A DNA stretch of 60,614 nucleotides, counting the filler, from Stramenopiles sp. TOSAG23-2 (taxonomy: Eukaryota), in NCBI GenBank assembly GCA_900128395.1. It is 6 parts of 6 records of this genome, joined end to end, with 100 filler letters (N's around TTAATTAATTAA, not from the genome) between each part and the next. Parts side by side here need not be neighbours in the genome. Positions count along the whole stretch, not along the records: positions 40,530 to 50,530 come from LT650051.1; positions 50,631 to 60,614 come from LT650052.1; 4 more parts are not named here. One strand, 5' to 3'. Position 1 is the stretch's first letter; every line of letters starts with the position of its first letter. Below the pieces are notes generated by a model. The model ran no database searches. It was not told the DNA's origin and was given only the letters and a program-made list of their open reading frames with translations. Below are positions 49,501 to 60,450 of this stretch, piece by piece. A program made the position numbers and the translations under genes.

Positions 49501-50530
49501 AACGTTTCCCTATGTCTGGCCTCGCGGAATATTTTATTCCAGAAGTAGGGGATAAAACCCACTACATGAATTACATCGACAAATTACCAAAGAACGAAGA
49601 TCCATCTGCATTTGGACAGCACGCCAATGCAGAAGTTTCATCAAATAGGGTAAATGTATCGGAATTCTTTGATACCTGTCAGAACTTACAACCTGCTGAT
49701 ACAGCAGCTGATGGTGAAGGACCAGATGAAATTGTCTTGAGAATTGCAGATGAGCTGGAAAAACAGATTGCAAAACCTTTTGATTTACTAACTATTGAAG
49801 AGAATCTAACCAGCCGTTCTGATCCTGATCCATTAAAGACGACTTTAATGCAAGAGTTAGACCGTTACAATAATTTGATTGTAGCCGTTAAAAAGGAATT
49901 GAAGGATGTACAATTAGGTGTTCAAGGATTGGTTGTTATTAATGCTGAGTTAGAGAGGGTGTATGAGTCGCTGTTGGTTGCTAAAGTACCGGGGACTTGG
50001 GGATTCTGTTATCCGTCATTAAAAGGTTTAGGTTCTTGGATCAATGACTTGCGAGCAAGGTTAGATCAAATGAGAAAATGGGCTACTGAAAAAATGCCAA
50101 ATGCATTTTGGTTGACTGGTTTTACCTATCCTACAGGATTTTTGACTGCATTACTACAGACTACAGCACGTAAAGATGGTGTGTCAATTGATAACATTGC
50201 ATTTGAATTTCCTGTGTTAAATCAAGATCCTGCAAAGATTACGCAACCACCGAAAGATGGTGCGTACATATACGGCTTATATATTGAAGGAGCACGATGG
50301 GATCATGAAGCTGGAACTTTGGCTGATGCATTGCCAATGAAGCTTGTTTCTGACATGCCAGCAATTCATTTTAAACCGGCTGAAGTGAAACGTAAGGCTC
50401 CAAAAGGCATGTACACTTGCCCTGTGTACTTGTATCCAATTAGAACTGGAACGAGAGAGAGACCTAGTTTTATGGTTGCAGTCAATTTAAAGGCTGGAGA
50501 TTATGATGCAAATTTTTGGATTAAGCGTGG
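40530..50530 (+). CDS. DNAH2: Axonemal dynein heavy chain, inner-arm I1/f beta type; truncated at both ends, intronless over 10 kb
   Basis: Walker A motifs GPAGTGKTETVKDL (AAA1), GYTLGGKS (AAA2), GQTGTGKT (AAA3) and GVGGSGRQS (AAA4); stalk/MTBD; LSKQDHYDFGLR. ELYGAYDLATMEWADGVLS and YPIRTGTRERPSF favour the DNAH2/DHC10 subfamily. The frame is open from the first base of the contig. Confidence 0.9.
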
Positions 50531-50630
50531 NNNNNNNNNNNNNNNNNNNNNNNNNNNNNNNNNNNNNNNNNNNNTTAATTAATTAANNNNNNNNNNNNNN
50601 NNNNNNNNNNNNNNNNNNNNNNNNNNNNNN
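50531..50630. other. Artificial contig-joining spacer
   Basis: N44-TTAATTAATTAA-N44. Confidence 0.98.
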
Positions 50631-51019
50631 AAAGGTATTTTCAATGTTTTTCCTTTGTTTTCATGTAATGAAATGAAAAATCCATGTGATGGGAGATGAA
50701 ATATAAGAATTTAGGTTGAAAATGATGATTTTAATGAAATTTGATGAAAAATATGCGAATTGTAATGGTGTGCACGTCTGTAGTGGTGTGTACATGTAGT
50801 GTTATGAATTTTTTGAATTTTAAAAAAAACAACAAAAAAAACAATAAAATTTCAAAAATTGTAAAGTGTGTGTGTGTGTATGTGTGAAACGATACACATA
50901 CAATATTCCATCGATCAATTTCTTCTTTCTCTTTCTCTCTCTCTCTCTAGATATTAATATTTTGCAATAAATACACCAAGAAAAAGAGTAATACGCATAT
51001 ATATATATATATATAAAGT

Positions 51020-52960
51020 ATGAGTCAAAATAATAAAGAATATAATGCATTTTTACAAGATTTATCATTTTTAAGAAAAGAAATTATAGAAATATCATCC
51101 CAAGATAATAGTAACAACAACAACAACAGCAATAGTAACTTGCGTGGAAGTAATGGCAATTTAATTCAAAATGTCACCGCGTTAAAAGAAAAACAAGCAT
51201 TGTTGAAACTGAAATTAGCTGAACTTGAGAAAGAACAATTATTTCCACCAACAGATATGAATAATATCGATAGAGGTGCTGCAAATGCTTCGTTACGTGT
51301 ATCTACTGCACAAATAAAAATGTTAAAACGAAATAACGACCCTGCTAATAATGCAGAGAAAAAGAAAATGGTTAGTTCATCTACTGAAGGTAAATTTTCA
51401 TCAACCGTTGATAATTTTCAACAAAATATAAATGAGTTTGAAAATACAGATGATTTCATGGATTCGCAATTGAGTAATAGTAGAAATGATGATGAAACGA
51501 AAGATGATAGTATAATACGCTTTCAACGACGTAGTAATAATAATAATAATAATAATAATAATTCTTCCTTACTTAGTGATGAAAGCAATACAGATATTAC
51601 AAATAATTCATCTTTATATGAAGATTCAACATCAATAAATTTAGATGAAACTACTGATGGTGATGATAATAATGATGATGACGATGATGATGGTAACGGT
51701 ATTAATAATAAATTTAAATTTAATATGATGAATAATAAAAGTGAACGTGGTAATAATAGTAAAGCAAATGTTTCCTTACGAAATCATCGCATGTTATTGA
51801 ATTCTAGAATTATATCAAATCCTGAACCAAGGCCACATCAACAATTATTACATTCTAATATACCATCGAGTGGTCATCGTACGAAACGTGCACCTGTGAA
51901 ATTATTACATTTTAATCGTGATATTACGGTAGATGGGATTTTAAAGAAAAGCAGGCAACGGAAAATTCCAGTAGATGTAAATACAAACGAAACACAAACG
52001 TCTGGTGAGCATTTCAAAAGCAAAACGCAAGAAATTGGAACTACGGTAGATTTAATACCACCAAAACCAGCAACTTTAGAAATGGAATGTCAAACGGATT
52101 TGCCAGATGATTTAAGTGAAATGCAACGTCAAATGTTATCAAAAGCAGATGAAAACAAGGACGAAGAAGAAGAGCCTGTCGTGCCAATTAAATCTGGACC
52201 AGTCATGATGCCACCATCGTTATTGTTAAATATTGATAATGGTGGAAATAATAATAATAATAATAAGATGAATAATAACAAGATATTAAATAATCAAAAT
52301 GATATTAAGATGATTCCTACATCTTCATCAGATAATACTATGTCATCATATTACGATCGTCATTTTTTAGATGTTGTCGATTTAGAATTAATAAATCTGC
52401 CAAAATCAATAATTAAACAATTTCAACCTTCCCCAAGTGAACCACTTCGATCATCGTCATCAAGTAAAAAAAATCAACGACGTACTACTAGAGTTCGTAA
52501 GAATCCTATTCCTTCCCGATTTGAAGATCTATTACCAAGTAAAGTGGATGAGGAATACACAAAATTAACATCAAAAGGGAAATATGCCCATGCTCGTATA
52601 TATCAAATTGAACAAGCAGCAGATATGTTGGGAAGAGAGTTTGATCAATCCGATGATGCATTGAAACGATTGGAAAATATGTTGGATAATGAAGAAGGTG
52701 TTTCCACACGACGACGTGATATGGTGACAAATGATAGTACAACTTCATTATTAACGAGTGATAATGATTATAATAACAACAACCACAAGAAGAAGAACGA
52801 TGTGGAGGAGGACATCATACAATTCGATAAAGAAGTTGAAGAGGAAATGAAAGATGCATGGGATTTATTAAAGGAATTAGAAGCTCATATAGGTGGTGGT
52901 GATGGTGGTAATAACGGTAAAGCTACTATTGAAGAAGAAGACAATAATGCGAAGCCGTAA
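51020..52960 (+). CDS. Hypothetical low-complexity (Asn/Asp/Ser-rich) protein, 646 aa
   Basis: Long ATG-initiated ORF with poly-N tracts like the other genes here and short coiled coils at the termini; no domain recognised. Confidence 0.7.
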   Translation: MSQNNKEYNAFLQDLSFLRKEIIEISSQDNSNNNNNSNSNLRGSNGNLIQNVTALKEKQALLKLKLAELEKEQLFPPTDMNNIDRGAANASLRVSTAQIKMLKRNNDPANNAEKKKMVSSSTEGKFSSTVDNFQQNINEFENTDDFMDSQLSNSRNDDETKDDSIIRFQRRSNNNNNNNNNSSLLSDESNTDITNNSSLYEDSTSINLDETTDGDDNNDDDDDDGNGINNKFKFNMMNNKSERGNNSKANVSLRNHRMLLNSRIISNPEPRPHQQLLHSNIPSSGHRTKRAPVKLLHFNRDITVDGILKKSRQRKIPVDVNTNETQTSGEHFKSKTQEIGTTVDLIPPKPATLEMECQTDLPDDLSEMQRQMLSKADENKDEEEEPVVPIKSGPVMMPPSLLLNIDNGGNNNNNNKMNNNKILNNQNDIKMIPTSSSDNTMSSYYDRHFLDVVDLELINLPKSIIKQFQPSPSEPLRSSSSSKKNQRRTTRVRKNPIPSRFEDLLPSKVDEEYTKLTSKGKYAHARIYQIEQAADMLGREFDQSDDALKRLENMLDNEEGVSTRRRDMVTNDSTTSLLTSDNDYNNNNHKKKNDVEEDIIQFDKEVEEEMKDAWDLLKELEAHIGGGDGGNNGKATIEEEDNNAKP

Positions 52961-53079
52961 AAGCAATACTCAATCGTACCGAGTACCGAGTACTTCATAC
53001 GAGAGTCGTATTTACGTATCATATGACATTATTTTTGATATCATAAACATTTTTTTATGTACTCTGCGTCTTAATGTGT

Positions 53080-53874
53080 TCAAACAACTTTGTAAATATT
53101 CTTCTTTGCAATATTTAATTGTTCACTTAACCTTTCTGCTTCTTTTATTTTCTGATCGAGTTCATTAGTTAATCTTGAATCCTTTGCTTGTAACGAAGCT
53201 AATTGTTGAAATTGATCATCACGGGAAACATTTGTATGTTTTAAACGATTTATACTATTAGTTATTTTCTCAATATTATTTTTTATTTTTTCATTTAATT
53301 TTCCAGAAATTTGCCGTATATTAGAACTGTCATCTTGTTTATCTAAATCATCCCAACGTAATACTTGAACAAATGCATTACGAAAACGATCTAAATCTTG
53401 TAATATTTCTGCAACAGGATCGATGTTATTATCATCAACAACATCACCAAGTTTTCCTTTGTTTTCACTGCTAGTTGTTGTTGATATATTCTTTTCTTGT
53501 TTTACATCATTATTATTTTCATCAACAACTTCCATTTTATTATTGTTTCCTTTTTGTTTCCCTAGTATATTTTGAATCTCTACGTTTACAAGATTGATAT
53601 CTTGTTTTTGAATATTATACAATTGACTCTTTTTATCAATTGCTTTCTTTTGTTGCCCTAACGTACCCTTTACCGTTTCATATTGTTGCAAATCTTTTAC
53701 CAAATTTCCAAAGCAAGATATCAATGCAATATTCTTGTTATCGTTCCATTGCTCCTTTTTTTTAAAATCATCAATGTATTGTTGTATCTGCGTATTTACC
53801 ATTTCCACACGTTTATTTAATTCCAATGGTGATTGTTGTGTATCATTATTATTTTTAGAATTTTTATTGCTCAT
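53080..53874 (-). CDS. Coiled-coil protein (~264 aa), C-terminus weakly Mediator Med21/Med9-like
   Basis: Likely start MSNKNS at 53874 (the upstream ORF extension is antisense low-complexity sequence). ITNSINRL...SRDDQFQQLASLQ...LTNELDQKIKEAERL resembles the Med21 helix pattern; the family call is tentative. Confidence 0.6.
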   Translation of the reverse strand: MSNKNSKNNNDTQQSPLELNKRVEMVNTQIQQYIDDFKKKEQWNDNKNIALISCFGNLVKDLQQYETVKGTLGQQKKAIDKKSQLYNIQKQDINLVNVEIQNILGKQKGNNNKMEVVDENNNDVKQEKNISTTTSSENKGKLGDVVDDNNIDPVAEILQDLDRFRNAFVQVLRWDDLDKQDDSSNIRQISGKLNEKIKNNIEKITNSINRLKHTNVSRDDQFQQLASLQAKDSRLTNELDQKIKEAERLSEQLNIAKKNIYKVV

Positions 53875-54271
53875 GATATGTATATGTATGTATCTATCTA
53901 TCTGCCTAAATTGTTTCGATACCGTATAGTTCACTTTCCTTTTCAAATTATATAAGAATGTGTATAATATCTTTTCCACTTTCAACATTTGTTTTTGTTG
54001 TTCTATTAAATTGAACTGAAATATCATCTTATTCAAAATGATTTGAATTTGAACACTCCTCGACTCTTGAAAAACAAATAATTGAATGAGGAAACACGAA
54101 GGAAAATACACACAAACAAACAAACAAACAAACAAAGAAAAAAAAAAAACAAGAAGACATAGTAACCCGAAAAGAGAGAGAGAGAGCAAGATCTTCCACC
54201 TTCCCACTCCTCCCCCCCCCCAAAAATATAATATCAATTTTTATAAAAGATATACTGTAGTAAAGGTCGTC

Positions 54272-54901
54272 ATGGATTTAACATTTGTTGATAATAATAT
54301 TGATTTAACAACTGATGATGATAATAATAATGAGAAAAAGGAAGATGTATTTAAAATACCAATGACACCAGCAGAATCACAAGCAAATACTACTACTACT
54401 ACTACTACAACTACTACTAGCAATACTAATAAAGATACCATCGATATGAGAAAAGAACCGGTAAAAAGAAGTATGGAAGATGGAATACCATTAATAGTCC
54501 CAAAGAAATGGCCACAACAATCAACCATATTAGCACAACTGGAAGGTGCAACATTTGAAAATATACATAATCAATCAGGTGCATTAGGTCGTTTACGTGT
54601 TGAAGGACAATATATTCGACTTGATATCAATGGCGAAAGGTATTCTGGTCCATTATGCCCAACCGTAACATGTATGGTAGTAAATATAGCAAAAGATGAA
54701 GGTAAAGTTACAAGCATGGTTAGCGATTATTGTCCAATGACCCATGAAAAGAATATGTTAGGGAATGTTCGTGGTAAAATCACACGAGGTGAACGTGATG
54801 AAGAAGATATTACATTAAATGAAAACAATAAACGAAAATTAGAACAAGCTGCTGCAAGGAATAAAAAAAAGAAAAAGAAAACAAAGAAAAAGAGACGATA
54901 A
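54272..54901 (+). CDS. BIN4: BIN4/MIDGET-like protein (topoisomerase VI accessory), ~209 aa
   Basis: IPLIVPKK...TILAQLEG...GALGRLRV...IRLDINGERYSGPLCPTVTCMVVNIAKDEGKVTSMVSDY aligns by eye with the conserved plant BIN4 C-terminal domain (LPLV...VLVECEG...GAVGRVV...LDLKG.IY...I.P..TFCVVN.GQ.EAKIEAIMNDF, from memory); basic NLS-like tail. Confidence 0.7.
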   Translation: MDLTFVDNNIDLTTDDDNNNEKKEDVFKIPMTPAESQANTTTTTTTTTTSNTNKDTIDMRKEPVKRSMEDGIPLIVPKKWPQQSTILAQLEGATFENIHNQSGALGRLRVEGQYIRLDINGERYSGPLCPTVTCMVVNIAKDEGKVTSMVSDYCPMTHEKNMLGNVRGKITRGERDEEDITLNENNKRKLEQAAARNKKKKKKTKKKRR

Positions 54902-55676
54902 AACTTGAAAGAAATTATGATAACACAAGGGAAGGAGGGGAAAAGAAATGTGCGTGTGCGTACATGTAAACAAAAAATATATATTCAGAAACCTACTCAT
55001 ATGTTTGTATAGAGTGTATGATATACATTAGAAGAATGCAATTGTGCATTAGAGCTTTACTATTGGTGACTTAGAGAGAAGTATTGTTGTGCATTTTTTA
55101 GTGTACATATTCATTCACCGGATGTAAAATTAGATTTTAATCTCTTCATCTTATATATTTCCAATAGTTTACTCTGGAGAACACGAATATGATATGTACT
55201 TTCTATATAGAGTATAAGTATATACGAACGTTTGCATATGTATTTCCCTCTCTTCTACTCTGTTTACAAACGTTGTCCTCATCTATACATCTAATTCACT
55301 TTCATTGTACCCGCGAACATACTTTTCGCACGAACCTTTCATTAAAACATCATCATACCATAACATTACGAATTTGGGGAATGTATATATATATATATAT
55401 ATACATACACAAACGATGACCACGAATAGTGTGTGTACATATATATATCTATGGTGTACACTTCTCTTCTTTTCTTCTGGTGTTAAAACACTGCAACATC
55501 AATATATATAATATCCTTTAGCTAATCTTATTGGTAAAATATGATATGTACCTTTCATTTAAATTCATTTAAATACTCCATCATATGTTTTACAAATTTT
55601 GAGAGTGTATATATATATATATATATATACAAACGATGACCCCGAATATATGTATACTTTTCTTCTTCTACCGGTG

Positions 55677-56849
55677 TTAAAACGTTGCAACATCATGATA
55701 ATCATCCTCTGGATCTAATTCACTTTCATTGTAATGTACTTTCATTAATGCTAAACCAGTTGGTGGTGCAGTATATGGCAAACGTTTTTTTTCATTTAAA
55801 TGGGTAGTTGTAAGTGCAGGATCTTCATTACCAGTACCAACTTGTACAAAATAACCAACCATATTACGAATTTGATTATATACAAACGATGATCCATGTA
55901 CTTTAATTAATATTTCTTGCATGATTGGTATTTGATATGATAATAAATCATTGTTTTTTAAATATAAATTAGATTCATGATATGCATTACCTAAATATGT
56001 TACACGACGTTTATACAATTGATCAAATAAACTATCATCTTTTTTATCATCTTGATAATAAATGATTTTCTCTTCGATATCAATTTCCCTTATATCACGT
56101 ACTGCAGAACTTGATTGGCAACCTGAACTACGAAATGCACTGACGTCTATATCTGTCCCAACGCATTGTGACGATGCTTTCTTCATATCGTTTACATTTA
56201 ATAATAAATTACTTGGATTCATAAATTCTTTTGATTCATACATGTATTTTAACTTATTTGTTTTTTTAATCGGTAATGTCCAAACTAAATGATTATCAAA
56301 CAGATTACCTAAAGTATAATTAACTAATGGTCTACGAATATGATACATATATGTACGACCATTTGCGGAGTGACGTGCATGAAAATCATCATGAACAGAA
56401 TTAACATTGACTATGTTTATGGCCGGTATTTTCGAAGAGGTAGATAATACAAATGATGGCATGGATGAATGTTTCTTTTTCTTTGGCCATCTTCTTGTTT
56501 TTGAATTCCCAACTGAAGAATGCAAATAATAATTTATCCCACGTAATAATGTAAAAGTATCATGTGGTTTCAAAATTTTACCAGTTTGCTTTTTTCGATT
56601 ACGTAGATATACATGAAATGTATTACCATATGCATGCACACCTGTGTCGGTGCGACTTGAAAATGTTAAATGTTTAACATTGTTTTTACCAACAAATTTT
56701 TCACAAGCTTCTTGTAAATAGGGAGCTACAGTTTCTACTCCTGTTTGTGGTGTTACGCCATGAAATTTGGTACCATTATATGCAATTGTGAATAAATATT
56801 TTTTCCATCCATTCTTTTTCAATATAGCATTTGCAATTTGAAAAGTCAT
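55677..56849 (-). CDS. tRNA pseudouridine synthase, TruA family (PUSL1-like)
   Basis: IAYNGTKFHG, SSRTDTGVHA (catalytic Asp), FHARHSANGRTYMY, GSSFVYNQIRNMVG, TAPPTGLAL. Confidence 0.92.
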   Translation of the reverse strand: MTFQIANAILKKNGWKKYLFTIAYNGTKFHGVTPQTGVETVAPYLQEACEKFVGKNNVKHLTFSSRTDTGVHAYGNTFHVYLRNRKKQTGKILKPHDTFTLLRGINYYLHSSVGNSKTRRWPKKKKHSSMPSFVLSTSSKIPAINIVNVNSVHDDFHARHSANGRTYMYHIRRPLVNYTLGNLFDNHLVWTLPIKKTNKLKYMYESKEFMNPSNLLLNVNDMKKASSQCVGTDIDVSAFRSSGCQSSSAVRDIREIDIEEKIIYYQDDKKDDSLFDQLYKRRVTYLGNAYHESNLYLKNNDLLSYQIPIMQEILIKVHGSSFVYNQIRNMVGYFVQVGTGNEDPALTTTHLNEKKRLPYTAPPTGLALMKVHYNESELDPEDDYHDVATF

Positions 56850-57175
56850 TTATACAAAAAAAAAAAAGAAAGAAAATGTATATCTATATCTATATAATTA
56901 TTATTATGGATAAAAAACCAGAAACATAAACAAACAAATAAATGAAACAATGATGACGATGGTAATTTTTTTTTTAAATATCTCTTTTAAATATCTCTTA
57001 ATCACAACCAATGGACAAATAGTATATATTTTTGTTTTTTAAGTATTTGTATCAAGGATCGAAACCATTTAAGGGATTTAAGTTTACTACTACAAAGGAA
57101 ACAATTTTAACCTCTTCATGTGTGATATCTCCACTCTCCACACACCACACACCACACACAAACACTACCTCCAAA

Positions 57176-57419
57176 GAAAAACCAATTCGACCAAATTTAA
57201 CACTACTATAGACCATATAGTCTATAGACTATAGATAGTTACCCGACCATCGGATTTTTAGTATACAAAAACACATACTTAATATTATTTAAAAAAAGCC
57301 CCATTGATAGGATTTTTAGTATACAAAAATACATACTTAATATGATTAAAAAAAATAACTCGCTCCACACTCCGCCACACCACCTCCACGAAAAACCAAT
57401 TCGATCAAATTTAACACTA
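57176..57419. repeat. Nested direct repeats A-B-B'-A' with an 18-bp palindrome in a divergent promoter region
   Basis: A 57176-57205 / A' 57390-57419 (30 bp, 1 mismatch); B 57252-57285 / B' 57310-57343 (34 bp, 1 mismatch); TATAGTCTATAGACTATA at 57216-57233. Confidence 0.85.
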
Positions 57420-57606
57420 TACACTATAGGAAAAAATCATCAAAAATCATCAAAAATATTATATAGTTATATACGTCTCACCATTGAAAATCTCGAACAG
57501 GTATATTTATACGATAGTGTTTGTGTATATATATATACAAAGTGTAGAAATAATAATAATTTAAAAAATAATTAAAATATACTAATATATTATATCATTT
57601 ATTATC

Positions 57607-57763
57607 ATGGCAAGTCTTGCATCAACAAATGATAAAAGCAAACCAGCTTCTACAACAACAACAACAACAACAACAAATGAAAATGTAGATACAATTACAG
57701 ATAGTTTAAAACAACAAAAATTAAGTAGTGAAGACAATAAGAAAAAAAGTAATGATGATAGTA

Positions 57764-57803
<40 letters not shown>

Positions 57804-58438
57804 TAATAGTAATAGCACGAAGAACAAGAATAATAATACTGCGGTAGTTGCAGAAAAAAAGCCAAAACGAAATGTTGTAGTTAAAGTTGGAATGGTTGGT
57901 GATGCACAAATTGGTAAAACTACTTTAATGGTTAAATACGTAGAAGGACAATTTGAGGAAGATTATATAGAAACATTAGGTGTTAACTTTATGGAAAAAT
58001 CTATTACGTTGAAAAGCACAGAAGTAACGTTTAGTATTTGGGATTTAGGTGGCCAACGTGAATTTGCTACGATGCTCCCGTTGGTATGCAACGATGCAGT
58101 TGCTATCTTATTTATGTTTGATTTATCCAATAAATCAACATTGTCAAGTGTGAAAGAATGGTATCGTCAGGTACGTGGTTTAAATAAAGATGCATTTGCA
58201 ATTTTAGTTGGGACGAAATATGATTTATACTTAAAGTTAAGTGAAAAAGATCAAAAAGAGGTGACTAAACAGGCAAAACGATATGCAAAAGCAATGAAAG
58301 CTCCACTTATATTTAGCTCTGCATCGCATTCAGTGAACGTTAATAAAATTTTCAAAATACTTTTAGCAAAAGTGTTTGGATTAAAATGTAATATACCTAA
58401 AATTACAAAACAAGGCGATCCAATCTGTATGGGTTATT

Positions 58439-58440
<2 letters not shown>
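57607..58440 (+). CDS. SPG1: Spg1/Tem1-family small GTPase (septation initiation / mitotic exit)
   Basis: VKVGMVGDAQIGKTTLMVKYVEG, TLGVNFMEK, WDLGGQREF..MLPLVCNDAVAILFMFDL and VGTKYD are diagnostic of Spg1/Tem1. Confidence 0.93.
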
Positions 58441-58469
<29 letters not shown>

Positions 58470-58581
58470 ATAATGTGTGTGTGTGTGTTGTTTAATAACA
58501 TTTTTAAAAAAGAACGAAGTGCGCTAATATTTACACAGGTGTTCGTACTTAATTATCATACGAGCTCGAGTTCAGTATATA

Positions 58582-59979
58582 TCATGAATTCCTATATTGC
58601 AAACGTTTCGTTCTTTTATTTTTTTCAATATTAGAATTACTAATAGAATTGATAGAATCACTACTTGTTAAAATTTGTTTATCATCATCGTCGTCGTCAT
58701 CCTCCTCCTTCTCCCCGTCTTCTTCGACTTCAATAAGTTCTATATTCATATCAACCTCTTCAGAGGTAAGTTCTACAGCAGTACTATATTCGGAAACAAA
58801 TGTAATTCCATCATTTCCAGCTAAACTAGAAAAAGATGTTCGTACTCTACCACTAGCATCACTGCGATTATGACTTTGAAGATTTTTTTTATCAGCACTT
58901 CTTCGCGAATACTTCGATGCAGCTCGTTTTGCTTTATTACGATTGCTTAAGGTGACAATTAAACATACAACCATTATACATTCTAATATTTTTTCTGGTG
59001 TTTTAACATATACATACGTGTGTGGTGAACAATATTCCATATTTTCATGGCCTTCTTTTAAAAGTGTCACAGCAAGGTGTGTCAACCAAAAGATGATGCA
59101 TATAAATGTCATCAACATGACAAATCGCCTTAAAACCATGAATGACCGTTTGATCGGTGTCTCTTTTTTTTTTTTACGATTCATATTTTGAGAATTATTA
59201 TGATTATTAGGACCAATACTTGTATCTGTATAACTGCTTGTTTTTTGCAATGCAAGATTTAAACGTTTAAGCATTCCAAATCCAAATGGCAATGCATATG
59301 CAAAAACCAATGCATACAATACCATTGTTAAACCACGAAAAATGAAAGATAAATAATAAACCCCTTTGTATTGCTTTTTTGTCAAGGTGTGGACGATTCT
59401 AAATACACACTCTAAAACACGCAATAGACAATACGTTAAAATCACTAATACAAATCTACGTTTTGAATATTTTCCCCCTTGACGCTTATTTTTAGGTAAT
59501 AGTGCCAATTGCACTGCAATCCATGATTGGACTAATAACATAAACGAACATGAAAAGGCAATGTCACGCACCATTTTTAACATTTGGGTAGAGACAGTTG
59601 TGCCAATACGACCACCCGATGCAATGCAACATTCCTCATCATCATCCCAAACTCGTAAAGTGTAATGGTCAAAACTTTTTTCAATAAAATAAATACACCG
59701 TGATAAAGCTCCAATTCCAACTAAAGATAAAATAATAGTTGGAGTTTTGGAGTAAAACAATTTTAATTCACGTCTAGATTTAATATTTGATCGTTTTATA
59801 TCTGAAATTGTTTGAGCTATACAAAAAATAAATATTAAGAAAAAAATAAATGCAAAGGTACCTTGGACGGTTACGACAAGCTTATCAGAATACAAGACTT
59901 CATTAAATTTATTACATGAAACTGGTTCACAATGGGTTAAATTATTTGCGTTTGGACATCCTTTATACAATATATCCAT
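58582..59979 (-). CDS. Seven-transmembrane-like protein (GPCR-like / THH1-TOM1-like topology)
   Basis: About 7 hydrophobic segments, short Cys-containing N-terminus, long loop between TM5 and TM6, Ser-rich/acidic cytosolic tail. Confidence 0.7.
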   Translation of the reverse strand: MDILYKGCPNANNLTHCEPVSCNKFNEVLYSDKLVVTVQGTFAFIFFLIFIFCIAQTISDIKRSNIKSRRELKLFYSKTPTIILSLVGIGALSRCIYFIEKSFDHYTLRVWDDDEECCIASGGRIGTTVSTQMLKMVRDIAFSCSFMLLVQSWIAVQLALLPKNKRQGGKYSKRRFVLVILTYCLLRVLECVFRIVHTLTKKQYKGVYYLSFIFRGLTMVLYALVFAYALPFGFGMLKRLNLALQKTSSYTDTSIGPNNHNNSQNMNRKKKKETPIKRSFMVLRRFVMLMTFICIIFWLTHLAVTLLKEGHENMEYCSPHTYVYVKTPEKILECIMVVCLIVTLSNRNKAKRAASKYSRRSADKKNLQSHNRSDASGRVRTSFSSLAGNDGITFVSEYSTAVELTSEEVDMNIELIEVEEDGEKEEDDDDDDDKQILTSSDSINSISNSNIEKNKRTKRLQYRNS

Positions 59980-60045
59980 TTTTACTATTATTATTATTAC
60001 TACACTACTATTTTGTTTGTTTGTTATTTTGTATTACCTTTTTTG

Positions 60046-60076
<31 letters not shown>

Positions 60077-60269
60077 TGATGTATATATTGTATCACTATT
60101 TTTCAATCTATATATTACATATATATAATATAAATGATCGCTCTCTCTCTCTATATATATATATGTAAGATTGATACATTTCTATTGCATCTATCGTTCG
60201 TTTTGACTTTTAAATTCATTTTTTTTTTTTTTTTTTCATTTTTTTTTTGTGCATTCCTGGCATTTCATA

Positions 60270-60450
60270 CGAGCGCTGTTTCTGGATTTTATTCAAATCC
60301 AGAAAACCCTACTTAACAACATTTTGATAGGAAAAAAGACTAGTGAGTAAAGTTAATGAATCTTTACCTACCTGAAATTTAGGATCGACACAGCATTAAA
60401 TAGCATAGATAGAGCATTAAAAATCTGATAAATTCCAGAAACAGCGCTCG
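60270..60450. mobile_element. Putative MITE of Tc1/mariner type (181 bp, TA target-site duplication)
   Basis: TA|CGAGCGCTGTTTCTGGA ... TCCAGAAACAGCGCTCG|TA: 17-bp perfect terminal inverted repeats with TA on both sides; non-coding AT-rich interior. Confidence 0.7.

Noticed and set aside
40478-49773. Numerous antisense and alternate-frame ORFs within dynein, SPEF2 and other long genes
   Set aside because: Shadow ORFs of strongly conserved coding frames.
30421-50530. Flagellar gene cluster (SPEF2 next to dynein heavy chain)
   Set aside because: They lie on different contigs separated by an artificial spacer.
10106-50586. TTAATTAATTAA recurring every ~10 kb as a biological periodic repeat
   Set aside because: It is always embedded in exactly 44+44 Ns, so it is a synthetic six-frame-stop linker.
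53875-54271. N-terminal extensions of the ORFs 53080-54237 and 54086-54901 implying overlapping divergent genes
   Set aside because: The extensions translate microsatellite/homopolymer promoter DNA; better starts lie at 53874 and 54272.
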